A stretch of 35,789 nucleotides of DNA, taken from Catajapyx aquilonaris (taxonomy: Eukaryota). Under the pieces are notes generated by a model that was not told the origin of the DNA, ran no database searches, and saw nothing but the letters and a program-made list of their open reading frames with translations. The translations under genes and the position numbers were made by a program. The stretch spans positions 1-35,789 of the forward strand of contig KZ539038.1 in the NCBI GenBank assembly GCA_000934665.2, given 5' to 3'. This document shows positions 1 to 12,950 of this stretch, piece after piece (the stretch's first letter is position 1; each line of letters opens with the position of its first letter).

Positions 1-450
1 ACGATGTCGCCGTGGGTTACCGAACTGGCAGTCAGCGCGGCGCTGCCAGATCGTCGCTTTCTTCGTGCGAGTTGTTATTGTTCATGGAGAGGGGTATTTT
101 CGATCCCAAAGTTTGGCCAAACCAAGACTGCCACACTCGTGCCCTTTCACACACTTACGGTAATTCGCCGTAAAAACCTCGTGACAGGCTCGAATCTCAC
201 TGGTACCGACATGGAAAGGAGTGATTGCGGGTCAAAATAAAAAACTGCATCTGGCCGCGGCGGCCGCAAATATCGCCCCAGGAGAAAAATAAGCGCACCA
301 TCTCAAAGTGCAACCCTTTCGCGTCCAGATACTCCAGTTTCATGCCGATACCTCCATATTTGCGGCGCGAGAGGAAGAAGTGTCAAACTCACGGGCCGGC
401 CCGCGACGGGCTACCCGCAACAATGAATAGCGTAGCCTAGAGCGCGCTCT
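1..450 (+). promoter_or_regulatory. CpG-rich 5' region (promoter/first exon of eIF4G)
   Basis: Dense CpG compared with the TpG/CpA-rich gene body. Contains a splice donor at 160. Confidence 0.55.
84..159 (+). CDS. eIF4G: Putative first coding exon E1 of eIF4G (MERGIFDPKVWPNQDCHTRALSHTY)
   Basis: ATG at 84, open to donor ACG|GTAATT (phase 1). In frame with acceptor 2500 and ATG 2529. Lies in CpG-rich DNA. Confidence 0.5.
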
Positions 451-1326
451 TAAGGTGATGAAACAACAACAACAAAAAATCCCCAGGATAAAGGTCGGGT
501 GATGCAAAATGGTGATGCCAGGCTGAGCCTTAATGGATTCATGAAGGGATCACATTTTGTAGATGTCATGGAGGTTAAGGCCCGTGTGACAACAGATCTA
601 GAGGGGGTTCCCAAGGTAAATTTTCCTGTTTTCAGAAGCTTTATGAATGTTTTCAAATGTGTGTTGTCTGATGGAGGGAACTTTGAATGCCAATAAAGGT
701 CATTCCTATGTACCTTCTGCTTTGTTGCTTTTATTGTAACATTCACCGAACGTTTCAGACACACCACGAATGTTGACTTGGTTTGCTTTGCATATAGACC
801 TGGTCTACATGGGTGCTGTGCAAGTGCACCAAAGTGAGCTCGTTCAAGAATAATTCCAGAACAGACCTAGTTTTATCAATGTTGTGTGAGTGGCTCCTGT
901 TATTGCATGGACTTCCGGGTGATGAGTTGTATTACACACCATTACATTTATAACTATTGCTGTGTGGTCTCATGAAGGTGAAATGTGAGGGATAAGATGC
1001 TAAAGCGAATCTTGGATAAATATTTAATGTTTATGAAGTGAATCCCTTTGCAATTCATATGGAAACCTGGGTGAATCCCGTATGGTTTTGTTGAAATGTC
1101 AACCCCTAGGTGAAGTGCTATATTAGGATATAGTGCATGGGCTCTGTCTTCCTTACTGGTACCTAGGATGTCCTAGAATTCTCTCCTTTAAATTGCATAA
1201 GTATTTTTAACCTTGCCAACTAGAAAATCCTTACATGAAGCTTGCTGGGAAAGGACAGTAGTGCATGAGGATTAGGGCAATCAGTCTGAAAAAAAATTTA
1301 CGATTTGCTATGGCTGCCATAGCAAA

Positions 1327-1613
1327 TCTTCTCTATAAATAAAGCCGTTTGTGAGTCTGTCTGTCCGCCTGCCAACCGTCACTTGCCTGCCATCTGTGCT
1401 CACCCCCAGGCCGGGAGAGGATGGAGGTGTTGGGGGTTGACTACAAATGGCAGGCAAATGACGGTTGCCGTTATACAGGCGGGAGAGGTTCAAGCAGGAC
1501 CACAGATGGCATTGGTGGCAGGATACACAGAAAGACAGGCAGTTGACGGGGGTACTGGCAGGTGTTTTCCCTTCATTCATTTCTTCCCGGGCAACGCCGG
1601 GTGCCGCAGCTAG
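1327..1613 (+). mobile_element. Non-autonomous Helitron-like element
   Basis: A|TC start, CTGT repeats, 3' hairpin CCCGGGCAACGCCGGG then CTAG|T. Confidence 0.75.
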
Positions 1614-1661
1614 TTGTAAATAATGGCATGATTTTTGAGCAGCAAAACTCCCTTGTATATA

Positions 1662-2079
1662 CAGGGTGATTCCGGTAACTTTGGCAAAAATCACAGCGTG
1701 GGTAGAGGCCCCATAGGTTAGTATTTTGAGCTTCGGTACCCATGTCCAGAAATGCCCCCATACGGGGGTATGACAGTTTCCACCTTTAGTATGTTACGCC
1801 TGGTGGGTAGGCAACCCATCATACTCGAAGGTTGCGTTCATCAGGTTTTGTACTTGACACTCGCAATTGTTTTCGCCTTCGTCTCCTCCACATGCGACAC
1901 ACCTGATGAACGCAAGTTTCGAGTACGGTGGGTTGCCTACCCACCAGGCGCAACAGACCAAAGGTGGAAGCGGCCATACCCCCATACGGGGGCATTTCTG
2001 GACATGGGTACTGAAGCTCAAAATACTTGCCTATGGGGCCTTACCCACCCTGTGATTTTTGCCAAACGGAATCACCCTG
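1662..2079. mobile_element. Tc1/mariner-type fold-back MITE
   Basis: TA|CAGGGTGATTC...GAATCACCCTG|TA. Almost entirely palindromic. Confidence 0.9.
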
Positions 2080-2499
2080 TAGAGGCGCAAGCAGCCACTG
2101 ATTTATATTTTCCCTCTTGAGGTAGGAAAAATGTACAAGAGAAAACTGCATATGATCATTTACCTGGCTTGGTTGAGCTATCCATCTCAGAAGTGTGTCT
2201 TGTCTATGAGGAGAACCTGTGCTAATGGTTCATACCTTCCTGCCTCCTTTGCTCTCAACTGCTTTTTAACGGACTGTGTTAAAAAGCAGAGAGACTCACC
2301 TCTTATGCTTCCTGTTATTCCTTTTCTGTTCCAATTTTCGTCATGGGAATATTGGAAATTTTGGGAGGAGGATGTGCCACTGTTGTACTATGCAGATTTT
2401 TGTTCCTCGTCCCTGTACAACAAGCATATTATACGCCTAACTACTGGGTAATCAGTGGAACCCTCTTGAGTGAATTGTTTTTATTTTCTCTTCCCGCAG

Positions 2500-2582
2500 G
2501 TGCAACATCCCATGGTCAGTTACACACAATGAACTATTCTGTGTCGACGCAGGCTCCTGGGCCAAGACCCACAGCACAACAG
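2500..2582 (+). CDS. eIF4G: eIF4G exon E2 (..[18 protein letters not shown])
   Basis: Strong acceptor ttttctcttcccgcag, donor CAG|GTAGGT, ATG at 2529. Confidence 0.75.
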
Positions 2583-5500
2583 GTAGGTTTGTGATGCATA
2601 TGGCAGAGGGAGACCCTTTTTCCACCTCCTCACATACACTTCCTGTTCGCTGTCTGGACGGTTTTTTAAATGGGGGGGGGGAGGGCATGGGGGTCCTCGT
2701 ATTCTTCCCTGGCTTTGCATTTTTATGAAAAAAGGAGAGAAAAAGAACCCACTGAGCAGATTTGTGGTGTGTTTGCTGCACTGGTGTGGGTTTCATATTG
2801 TTGTCCTTTATTCTTTATTTTCTTACTTGTTAAATTTAAAATGCTGTGAGATTGGGCCTGTGTGTATGGGTAAAGTGGACAGAATGTCTGTTCAGACCTA
2901 ACATGCTGTGCATGTTTGCACTTAACACCAGGTTGTTTGTGTGAACTAATGAGTAGCAAGCACTCCTCAAAGATGCCACCCTCTCTTTTCTACTTTATTT
3001 ATTTGTATGAATGGTGGGATGACTTTTTGTACATGTGTGTCTCCATATCTGGTATGCATTATCAGTTCAGCCAAGTACCATCAGTATATGGCTAAATTTA
3101 TATACATTTTTGCCATTCAGATTACATGCAGTATTGTTTCCAGGCAGAGAACGATTTCGCAGAACAAAAGTTAACTAACAAGAAGTATGGCAATGCCAGT
3201 CAGAATTTTACTCCCTGTTACCAATTCTTCCCATTGAACATGGAACAGAAAGTGCTGCTTGACATTGAACACTGATAAATTTTCCCGAAACTTTTTCTTG
3301 GCCCACGCAGCCGTACTTTCAACCCAGGGCTGCTGCTGCAAGGGGGATTCCCAATACGCGCCCCTCTCATGTTATGAACGTGCCATCGGGAAACCCATCT
3401 CAGCAAATAGCATTCACCCCCCAGGTAGTGTATCAAGATTGTGATTACTATTTTTTTGAGATCTAATTATATTCTTTAAGAGCAGGATTATAAGAAATGG
3501 GTGCATGTTGGGGGCGAATTGAGATTTGGTTGGTTGTGGGTAATAATCACACAGCAACTGGGTGTATGAGAGTGATGGACAGTACAGTAGAAAATGAACA
3601 CAAGAATATTTCCCCTTGGGAGTGCCTGTAGATGCTTTTGCTTCTTTTTTGAGAGTGGTTTTCTTTGCACATTTCTTACCCGTCACCACCTCAAGGTTTG
3701 GAATTGTGTGCTAATTATGTAACAAAAATGATGTCCAGCTGTTGTGCTTTTTACTTGTGTGCATGTATGTGGGATGTGATGTAGGTCAGTACAAAGCAAT
3801 GTTTGCATGCCGTTATTTGTCCAGATGTCCATACTATATTATAATCCTTGTTTTAATGATATAGTGTCGAATTTTTGTCCCACTGCTAGATACTACTAAC
3901 TTAGCAGTACCGGTGTTACCAGTAACTAGCAATGGGATGAAATTGCCACCCAAAGTAACTAAGGGCCTGTTGTATGAATGTAAATCGAAGCAGAAAATAT
4001 TACTTATTATGAATACACATGTAAGATATTTCCCCTAATTTTTGCTGATAAAACCGGGCCTAAATATCGAAGGTATGGGAAATTTTAGTGTACTGAAAGT
4101 GATTTGTAGTGTTTTATTTGGGAATAATCTAGGCTATGTATGTGAGAGAATATTGTAATCTCATGAGACACCTCCCCTTTAAAAATAAAATTGCGAAGAT
4201 CCTTGATGATCAACCTCAAGCAACAATACTTGACAGGAACAGTGCAGCATTATGAAAGAACTAGCTGCGGCACCCGGTGTTGCCCTGGAAGAAATGAATG
4301 AAGGGATAACACCTATTCGTACCTGTAGCCCCCGTAAAAAATTTCATATATATATATATATTAGGAAGCCGGGTCGGGCCCACAGATGGCAGGTTGGCGT
4401 TATACAGGCGGGAGAGGTTGAAGGTGTTGGAGTAGGACCAGAGATGGCATTGGTGGGCGGACAGACAGACAGACGGAAAGACAGAATCACATCCGTCTTT
4501 ATTGATATAGATTGAAGATTGATATAGATAAGGCAAAACAATCCTGGATTCTTCACATGGGAATCTCTCCTGGGAGTTAGACTGAGAGTTGATGGAAGGG
4601 CCAGTCCAGCACATAGTGTGCTTCACCATACAATTTTTGGGGAGTTTATATCAGGGGATGGAAATGCACCAACTGTGCAGTGTCCTTAACTTGAACTGTT
4701 AGCATTACTTGGAATTGTCCAGTGTCAAGATTTTTAAAGCTATTGCTAGCATGCAGGCTTAAGAATTGCAGCATTCAACAATTAACTTGTAGGGTGCCTG
4801 TAAATTACAAGACATGCTTTTGGCAAATGTCGAGTTACCCTTGCATATGAATTTCTCACAACACTTGTTACCACTACCCTGTGGCACTTAGAGAACAAGT
4901 TGTGTAAACCTGCACCTCTCCTTGGGACATTCAGAGTAGGGGATTTTTCCCACCACCTGTCATCCAGGTGGCCCATAGGAGGATCCCAGGTAGGCATGCA
5001 ATAAGCGCAGTTTATGCAACTGCCCCAAAAGTGCATGTGTAAAGTATGCACATGTGTTGGAAAATAAATTAATCATTAATCTCAGACCCATATTTTGAGG
5101 TGCAAAAAGACTGTCACTGTCAAATGCCAAGGGTTTCAATCTGTTAAAGGTCATGAATCAATTCCAACATCCCATGATTGACCTGACTAGAATATGTCCC
5201 GACTTTTCATTCAGGGCTGGAATTAGGTAGATTACATATTTTAGTGCAATAGCTGAGCCCACCCCCCAGTCACTCCCTATATACAGTACCCTGCATTAAT
5301 GGCCATGCACAGACACCGCCATCTGCTGGGAACGAGCGGAAGTAGCCGAAGTTGGCTGCGTCCAAAATACTTGGACAGCTCAAGGCTATACTCACAAGAC
5401 TGCTCAAGACATCGCGGTGGATTTAAATGCTTGCTATAAAGATGGATCATGAATATAATTATGTATCCAGGGGATGGATTATAAAGCCATTGTGATTCCT

Positions 5501-8500
5501 ATCAATGCACTGAAATTGTGAACCGGTTATTACGCAGATCATTCGAATGCCTATTAATATTATTACTGTGTCCTGTTAATGTGTGGCTGTGTATGGGACT
5601 TTTTAGAGTGCGTGTAAACAGCATCACTCTTCTCCCATCATTTCGCTTTTTAATTCAGGAGTTATTTAATAAGGACGAGTAAGGGTATTCTGGGCTTCTG
5701 GGTATTCATTTCATTTAATGGGTATTCATTAATTCGCATGGTCTGTGTTATAAGTGGTTCACAACCTCAATGCGTTGATTGGAATCACAGTGGACTTATA
5801 ATCCATCCCATAAATACATGATCTATGATACATCTCCATAGCAAGCGTTTGAATTCACCGCGATATCTCGAGCTGACCAAGTATTTTGGACGCAGCCAAC
5901 CACGCCTACTTCTGCTCGTTTTCGGCCAGGTGGCGGTGTCTGTGCATGGCCATTAATGCAGGGTACTGTACCAGTACATTGCTACCTTCATTAGCTTACC
6001 TGATCTCTCCCACTGAGGGGGATTAGCCACGGTCAGCGCCAGAATCACTTACCCAGATGTTGGCACCTTACCTAGAGGGCAATTCTGAACCATTAGGGTC
6101 GACTCCGATTGGCTAGATCGTTAGAATTTAAAATGGCCTCCTGTGCTACTCCATGGCTCTTTTTAACCAATATACTACCTCCAGCCAATCGGAGTTGACC
6201 ATAATGGTTCAGAGTTGGCCGCTAGGTTAGGCTCCACCATCTCGGTAAGTGATTCTAGCGCCGACCGTGGCTAATTCCCTTCGGTGGGGGTGATCAGCTA
6301 TACTCATGGGAAAAGAGGGGAAGTGACTGTGGGTGGCTGAGCCTTTCCTTGGCGTGTGATTAGCCAGCAGAGGTTGCAGAGAAATGCAATATAAAACACT
6401 GCTGGTCCCTCACTACCACGAGGACCAATCTGTGAGCTACCTAGAATCGACCTTTGCCTGACTTCCCTGTCCAGTTGAACTGATGGCTGACATATTGTAG
6501 CATGGTCACTTGTTTATGGTTTTGCGGTGACACACTCACCCTCATGGCTTATGTGGCAAGGTCATGCTTGCCAAGGACTTGTTATTTTCCAATTGTTCAG
6601 TTTCTCATTTAAAATAGTTTTCAAATGTAATTTTGCATCTGGAATTAATGTGGTTTGGAGTAAAATGAAGCTGTGTAAAACACATCCCACATGTACCACA
6701 TTTGGCTATATACAAAGTGTACATACTCCAAGATAAATTTATTGCATTTTATATCCAGTAGGAGTAGACCAGTAGTTCCAACCTTTTCCGGGTTGCGACC
6801 CCCCTTTTATAATAGTCCAATAACCTGCCCCCCTTCCCCCCTTCCCCCCTTCGCCCGAGTATCAGTAGAAGATGAACGTAGTGTAGACATTAAAACACCT
6901 TTGCTGTGATATTTCCTATAAAATTTCTTGCAAGTAAAAATTACCGTGGCCACCACGTGACCCCTGACAGGTTGGGAACCACTGGAGTAGACAATTATGC
7001 AGGCATTACTGTATTTTAATTTATATAATTTTGTAAGTAATGCATTTATGTAATATGTATTTTATATTTAGACATAATGTGTATAATATTTTTAAATGCT
7101 TAGAACAAGTGGCATATGAGCTGGCAATATCCTGACACCTTGGCAAACTCCAAAATACACAAGCACGCTATTATTTGTGAGGTAATATGGTAGTGCCATT
7201 ATTGACTCGCATCTTCGCTACGTTTAGATTGCGAAGTACAGGTGTCCCTATACCATATGGGAAAAGAAAAACATTTGGTCGTAAATTTAAATTAATCTGC
7301 CAAATTTATACTGGCACATTTTAAAGAGTAGACCATTCCCCCATTGTGCATTATTTTTAAAATGCTGTCCTCTCTAGTGGACAGTGATGGTAGAATTATA
7401 TATTCTATATTATATATATATATTATTATATATAATTATATATTATTATATATATAACTATATAGGCGTTCATCTCTGATAAGTTTTATTTTTTTACTCA
7501 TATTTAGAGTGCGATTTTCCCAATGCAGTGAATATCCTGGGATTTGCAAGGAATGTGTATTAGGAAATACGAAAAGATGTGTCTGTGACAATCTTTGTTG
7601 CTGTAGAGAACTGGTAATTTTCTTCAAATGCCCATTTAAATGGACATCCGAAAAATGGCATTTTTAGCTGAATGGGCTTGACTTTTCTTTAAGTGCCTGT
7701 ACCTATACACCCATAAGGAAGTGTGCTTTGCACTAGACAGTTCAGTTTTAAAATCTAGAATAGCGAGGTACTATCGGCACGGAAAGGGTACGGACACTAA
7801 GGGATAAGCTGACCATTGACAAGTGTCCGTACCATTTTCGTACCATGCTAGTACCATGCTAGGATAAGGAGCAAGCCCCATGCCTGGAGTGGTGGCGTTC
7901 CAAAATAATTTCATTTATCTTTAATTGTCTTCTGAGAGGAATTGCTACTACGAATTCCACAAATGAATTTTAAAAACATTGTTTTAAGGATAGAGCACTA
8001 TGTTAGTGATCCATTAAGTGGTATTTGAATTTTCAGCTTTCATCCGTTCTGCTTTTGTACCACCAATTGGGTCCTAATGTTCTCATTGGTTGTTTGTCGC
8101 TATTTTTGTCAATATTTTAAAACTAAATTTTTTCTCTCGTTTCTTATATTGGGAAAATGTTCAGAAAATGCAATAGGAACTGACATTACGCTAAAAATTC
8201 TTCTCAGGTGTCAGGAGGATATTACTAATACAAATTGTTACTGCTCTGAAATTGTCATTTGAAAGGAGGGCACGTATGGTAGGTCCTAATATTCAGAAAA
8301 TTTTTGCATTGCGAGATTCATGTCCTGCACTGGATTACTTGATTCATATGAAATGATGTAAAGAGGTGATCATAAAGCTATTTCATTATGTGCATTTAAT
8401 GTGAAAGCAGGATTTAAAAAATAAATAAATTGTATCCTACAGAGTGCATGATTTTGGAATTTACCTTCTCTTGAAGGGGTGCATATATGCATCTCATGCT

Positions 8501-11500
8501 TCCTGATCATTGTAGCCAATGATCAACAACTATTCATTGGAATCTTGCCTCTGATTTGCATATTAAAATTCAAGCTACTATTATAGCATTTAATTTAAAA
8601 AAATACTTTGTAAAACTACTGAACACAAAAAATTATATTAAGGCCTGTGAGAAATCCCAGATCTTAAAAATACTGCTACGTAACATTTTGTAATTGGTAT
8701 TTCATAATTAGCTTTGGTAGGGTGTATGCTTGATTGGTTTTATCTGTTAATGACATTACTTAATGACAACTACATGCTGAACTTGTGGCATTTGAAGTTA
8801 AGTGCCTTGTAGTGTTACTTTCTTTTTTGCTTCTGCAAGTCAGTTCAATATTAAGAGTTGTCTGGGTTTAATACTTGTTCTAATGTCAACTAAGGAACCT
8901 GAGGGACTAGTGAAAGGCCCAAATGCACATGGGGAAGCGGTTTGGTAACTTCCTGCCAAAAGACCTTGCAGCTTTCACACATGAAGAGATTGTGAATTAA
9001 ATTATGATAAAATTTTATCCACGCGTGTTTTACTGCGAAGGTGGAAGCTTCACTATTTATCACTGGCACCTTTGGTTCACAGGTGTCAATTTATCCTGTA
9101 CTTCATCAAGTTCCTACTGCAACTGGTAGTGCACCAATGTATATCCACAGTAGCCAGCTGCCACTGCAGGTGAGTTGTAGCTACTGTCCCAGGGATTATA
9201 CAGTACATTTCTGTTGGTTTGCGCTGCCTCTCCCCACCCCAGCCCTTCCTTCACCTTTCCCTTTCGTACCCACCTGTGGAATGATATAACCTTCTGGGAA
9301 TTCAGTTCAGGAGCCACGCCCAACAAGAATATATATTTTTTATGTATCCCCCACTACCCCAATGCCTCTTCACCCTCCCTCCCATCTTAACCCACTTTTC
9401 TTGAAGGGAGCTGGTGTGATATCTTTTTCAACTTGCTGACCTTCCATCAGTGCAGATTGAACGTGTGGCATGATCCGTCTGTTTCAGTTCCAACATCAGC
9501 CCCGGCCGGCCCAGCCGAACAGCTTCTACCCTGCAGGCACTCAGCAGCAGATTTTTATGCCTGCCGCCCAAGTCTACTCTTCCTTTTCAACGCAGCCCCC
9601 TTCTCAGGGGACTCAGTGTGAGTAGCAGCCATTTTTTTATTGCATGTTCCCCCCACCCCCCACCCCCTCACATGCTCCATACCTCCCACCTGCACAACCA
9701 TCAGTGGGAACAGCTGTTGGACTGGATGGTTGATTAGTGGCAGTATTGTGCATTTTGTTGCTTGCCACTGAAGACCTAGGAACCATAGGACTTCAATCTG
9801 AACCACTGAAGTGTGCTGGTTTGTTGTAATTAATTAATTAATTAAGTTTTTGCATATAACCATATGTGAGTCTTTTCATTTATTAATGAATGAACTTGTG
9901 ACTGATGTAGCAACTTAGGGAACCCGAGTTCTTGCTGACTTGAAATTGGTGGCAAGTGAGGTTAAATTTCAGATCAGTTGCATATGCTTGTGTGTGTTTG
10001 AATCATATTTGTACTCATAATTATCGCTAACTTGTGATTGGGGAGGACCCTTGACATGCATTAGGACAGGGGTGCACACCAATCTGGGATGTTGAGCTAT
10101 GTTTTGATGAGCCTGTTACAAATCTGGGCAGTGTTTTCACCCCAGTTAGGAATTTTGCATGTCCACCCTTCAATTATTATTTTATTGCACATTGATAACC
10201 TTGATGAAAAGGGGAAGGCTCACAGGGGAGGGCACTCCTGGGTAGGTTTCCAGTCCTTTTGGACCACTAGTAATGCCAGACTTGCCCTGCCAGTGGAGTT
10301 GTTATAAGAACAGAAAAAGACCCTACCAAGTGAAGGCAACTGGATGGGTTTTGAACAAAGGACCTCCTGCTTGACTGGCGGGTGGCATAATCAGTAGACC
10401 ACTGTGTGCCCCAGATACTTTAAATTGTTGGAGGTGACTTCACTTGATGCAGAGTTTTCATCTGCAGAAAATATGTGTGCACTGAGTGAGCTACTCCAGT
10501 GCAATTGCAGAGTGAATTGCAGTTAATAATTTTATTACCATGTTTCTACTTCCAATGTTTTCTTCTCTTGCCCCTCAGTTTACATGCATCAGCAGCAGCA
10601 GCAGGGCTTTGCACCCATTGCCCCCCGCATGCCTGGCCCAGCTCCTGTTGCTCAACCTCCACCACCTCAAAAGAAGCGGAAGAATGCACTGGAAATTATT
10701 GACCCAAATACTGGAAGGAATATCCTGGCTGACATGGTGACTGGGGAGGGGGGAAGCTCCAGCACCACCCCTCCTAGATCGGGGGATAGCAGCGCTCGAG
10801 CTTCTCCTCCGACTGTGAGTGACGTAGGTTCTTTGGTTATTTTTTACTTCCTCCATTAATCTAGAATTTTGGTGGGTTGGAAGCATTTATAATTACCACT
10901 GAAGCGGTTAAGTGGGATAATTAAGCCGAGATCACAATGTAAATTATCACCATTGGCATTTAAGAAGTGTATCGTAACAGTCACGAGTATCTTTAATCTG
11001 TGGTGTTGCATGTAACCAAGTTGACTTGTTGGAAAGACTGTCAGTGTTGAGATTGTGACAAGTGATGTTGGTGTAATTTAAAGAATCATGTATGAGATGA
11101 GTTAGTCATTTAACTGCATGGCTAAATCCACTTGGGCAGAAGGCACTTCAGGAAACAGGTGAACTTCCATTCTGTTATATAATTAAAGGATGTGTGGGTA
11201 TTGCAGAGTGGTGTCGGAGCTTCCAGGGAGGCCAGTGCTGTGGCCCTTGAGTTTGCAGCCAAGGTGGCAAAAGCAGCAGCAGATGAGGATATAGCCAACA
11301 ATGCCAAGGATAGCGAAGTGTCGGCCAATCAAAGCCACAACATAGGTAGCAAAGTTACTGCCATTAGTGAGAATAATAATAAACCGAGTGGTGGTGAACA
11401 ACCACAGCCGGAAGTGAGTAAAGAAGTGAAAAACTCATGGAACCAATCTTTAGTGCAGAGCGACTCTAGGACTAGGGTTGGGGAGAAGGACAATGACGTG

Positions 11501-12918
11501 ACAGTAGCTGCAGTTGCGATAGGTGGCAGGAGCCAGCAGAGTGTTACGGCTGTGCAGAGAGATGAGGAGGTGGAGGAAGAAGAGGAGGAAGATATGGATG
11601 AAGAAGAGGAGGAGGAGGAGGAAGATGAGGAGGAGGAGGAGGAAGAAGAAGAGGAAGAGGATGACGAGGAGGAGGAGGTGCAAGTGTCAGCGGTGTCAGA
11701 ATCAGCAGTTCAGGAAAGGCCCTCTGTGTCACCTGAGACCCAGCCTTCTTCCATGCCTCCTGCACCTGTTGAGGTGGCGGCCCATCCAAAGCCGCCAGTG
11801 CCACCACCGCAGCAGCAGCATCCCCTTCCCCCCCACCCACAGCATTCCCATCATCCTCCACACCACTTGCACATGCAGCCGCCACCTCAAATGCAACCCC
11901 CACAGATTGTCCAGGTGCCTCTCCAACGGATGCCTGGTCAGCACTCCCAAATTCCCCCACAGCTGGCAATGCAGCATATGGCTATGCATCACATACAGCA
12001 GCATCAGCATCAGCAACAGCAGCAGCAGCATCAGCAGCATCAGCAACAGCAACAACAACAGCAAAGGCTGCCTATGCATCATCAACATCAAGGAGGGCCC
12101 CCCCCACATTCAGGGGGACACCCACTTCAACCCCAACACCAGCAAATGGGGCACCCAGGGCACTTGTCTCTGTCTCATCATGTGGGCCAACCTCACCCTG
12201 GACAAGCCCCAGGGCAGGCCATGGGTCCACGCCATCCTATGCTGCCCCCTCGCCCCCTGCTTGAGCTGGAGGTGCACAAACCGCCAGGCATGAAGGATGT
12301 ACCTCCTGGTCGGATGATGCACGAACAGCATGGTCCTCCTCCACACCAGCGCCAGCAGCAGCAGCAACAGCACCACCATCACCAGCAAATGCAACGACAT
12401 CATCCACCTCAAATGCAGCTTGGCAAGCCACCCATGCCGATGATGTCTCAGCAGCAGCCACCCCCGATGCCAACCCTGCCCTCACAGGGCCCACCTGGCA
12501 AGCCTGATCAACGCTACTTCCAATTGGAGGATCGGAATGTGCCAGGGGTTCCCAGGCCGGGGCCTGCCCCACCTGCTGGTGCCACCAATAAGATGCAGCC
12601 TCCTCTTCTTCCAGGCCCTGTGCCAGTAGGGATGACACCCACCCCGCCCCAGACCCAAGCTCCCCCACCACAACCTCAGGCTGCTCCTCCTCCTCCTGCC
12701 CCAGTCCCAGTCCCAGCCCCAGCCCCTGCCCTTGCCCCTGCCCCTGTGCCAGCCCCTGCCCCTGCCCCTGCCCCTCCCCTTGCCCCTGCCCCTCCCCAGC
12801 TGTCTGCACCAGCTCCAGAAAAGAAGATACAACACCCACTACTACCTCTTCCAACCCCAGTCATGGCCCCAGCGGTTGTGTCTGCTCCTGTGCCTGCTGC
12901 CCCTCCAGCTGCTCCAGT

Positions 12919-12950
<32 letters not shown>

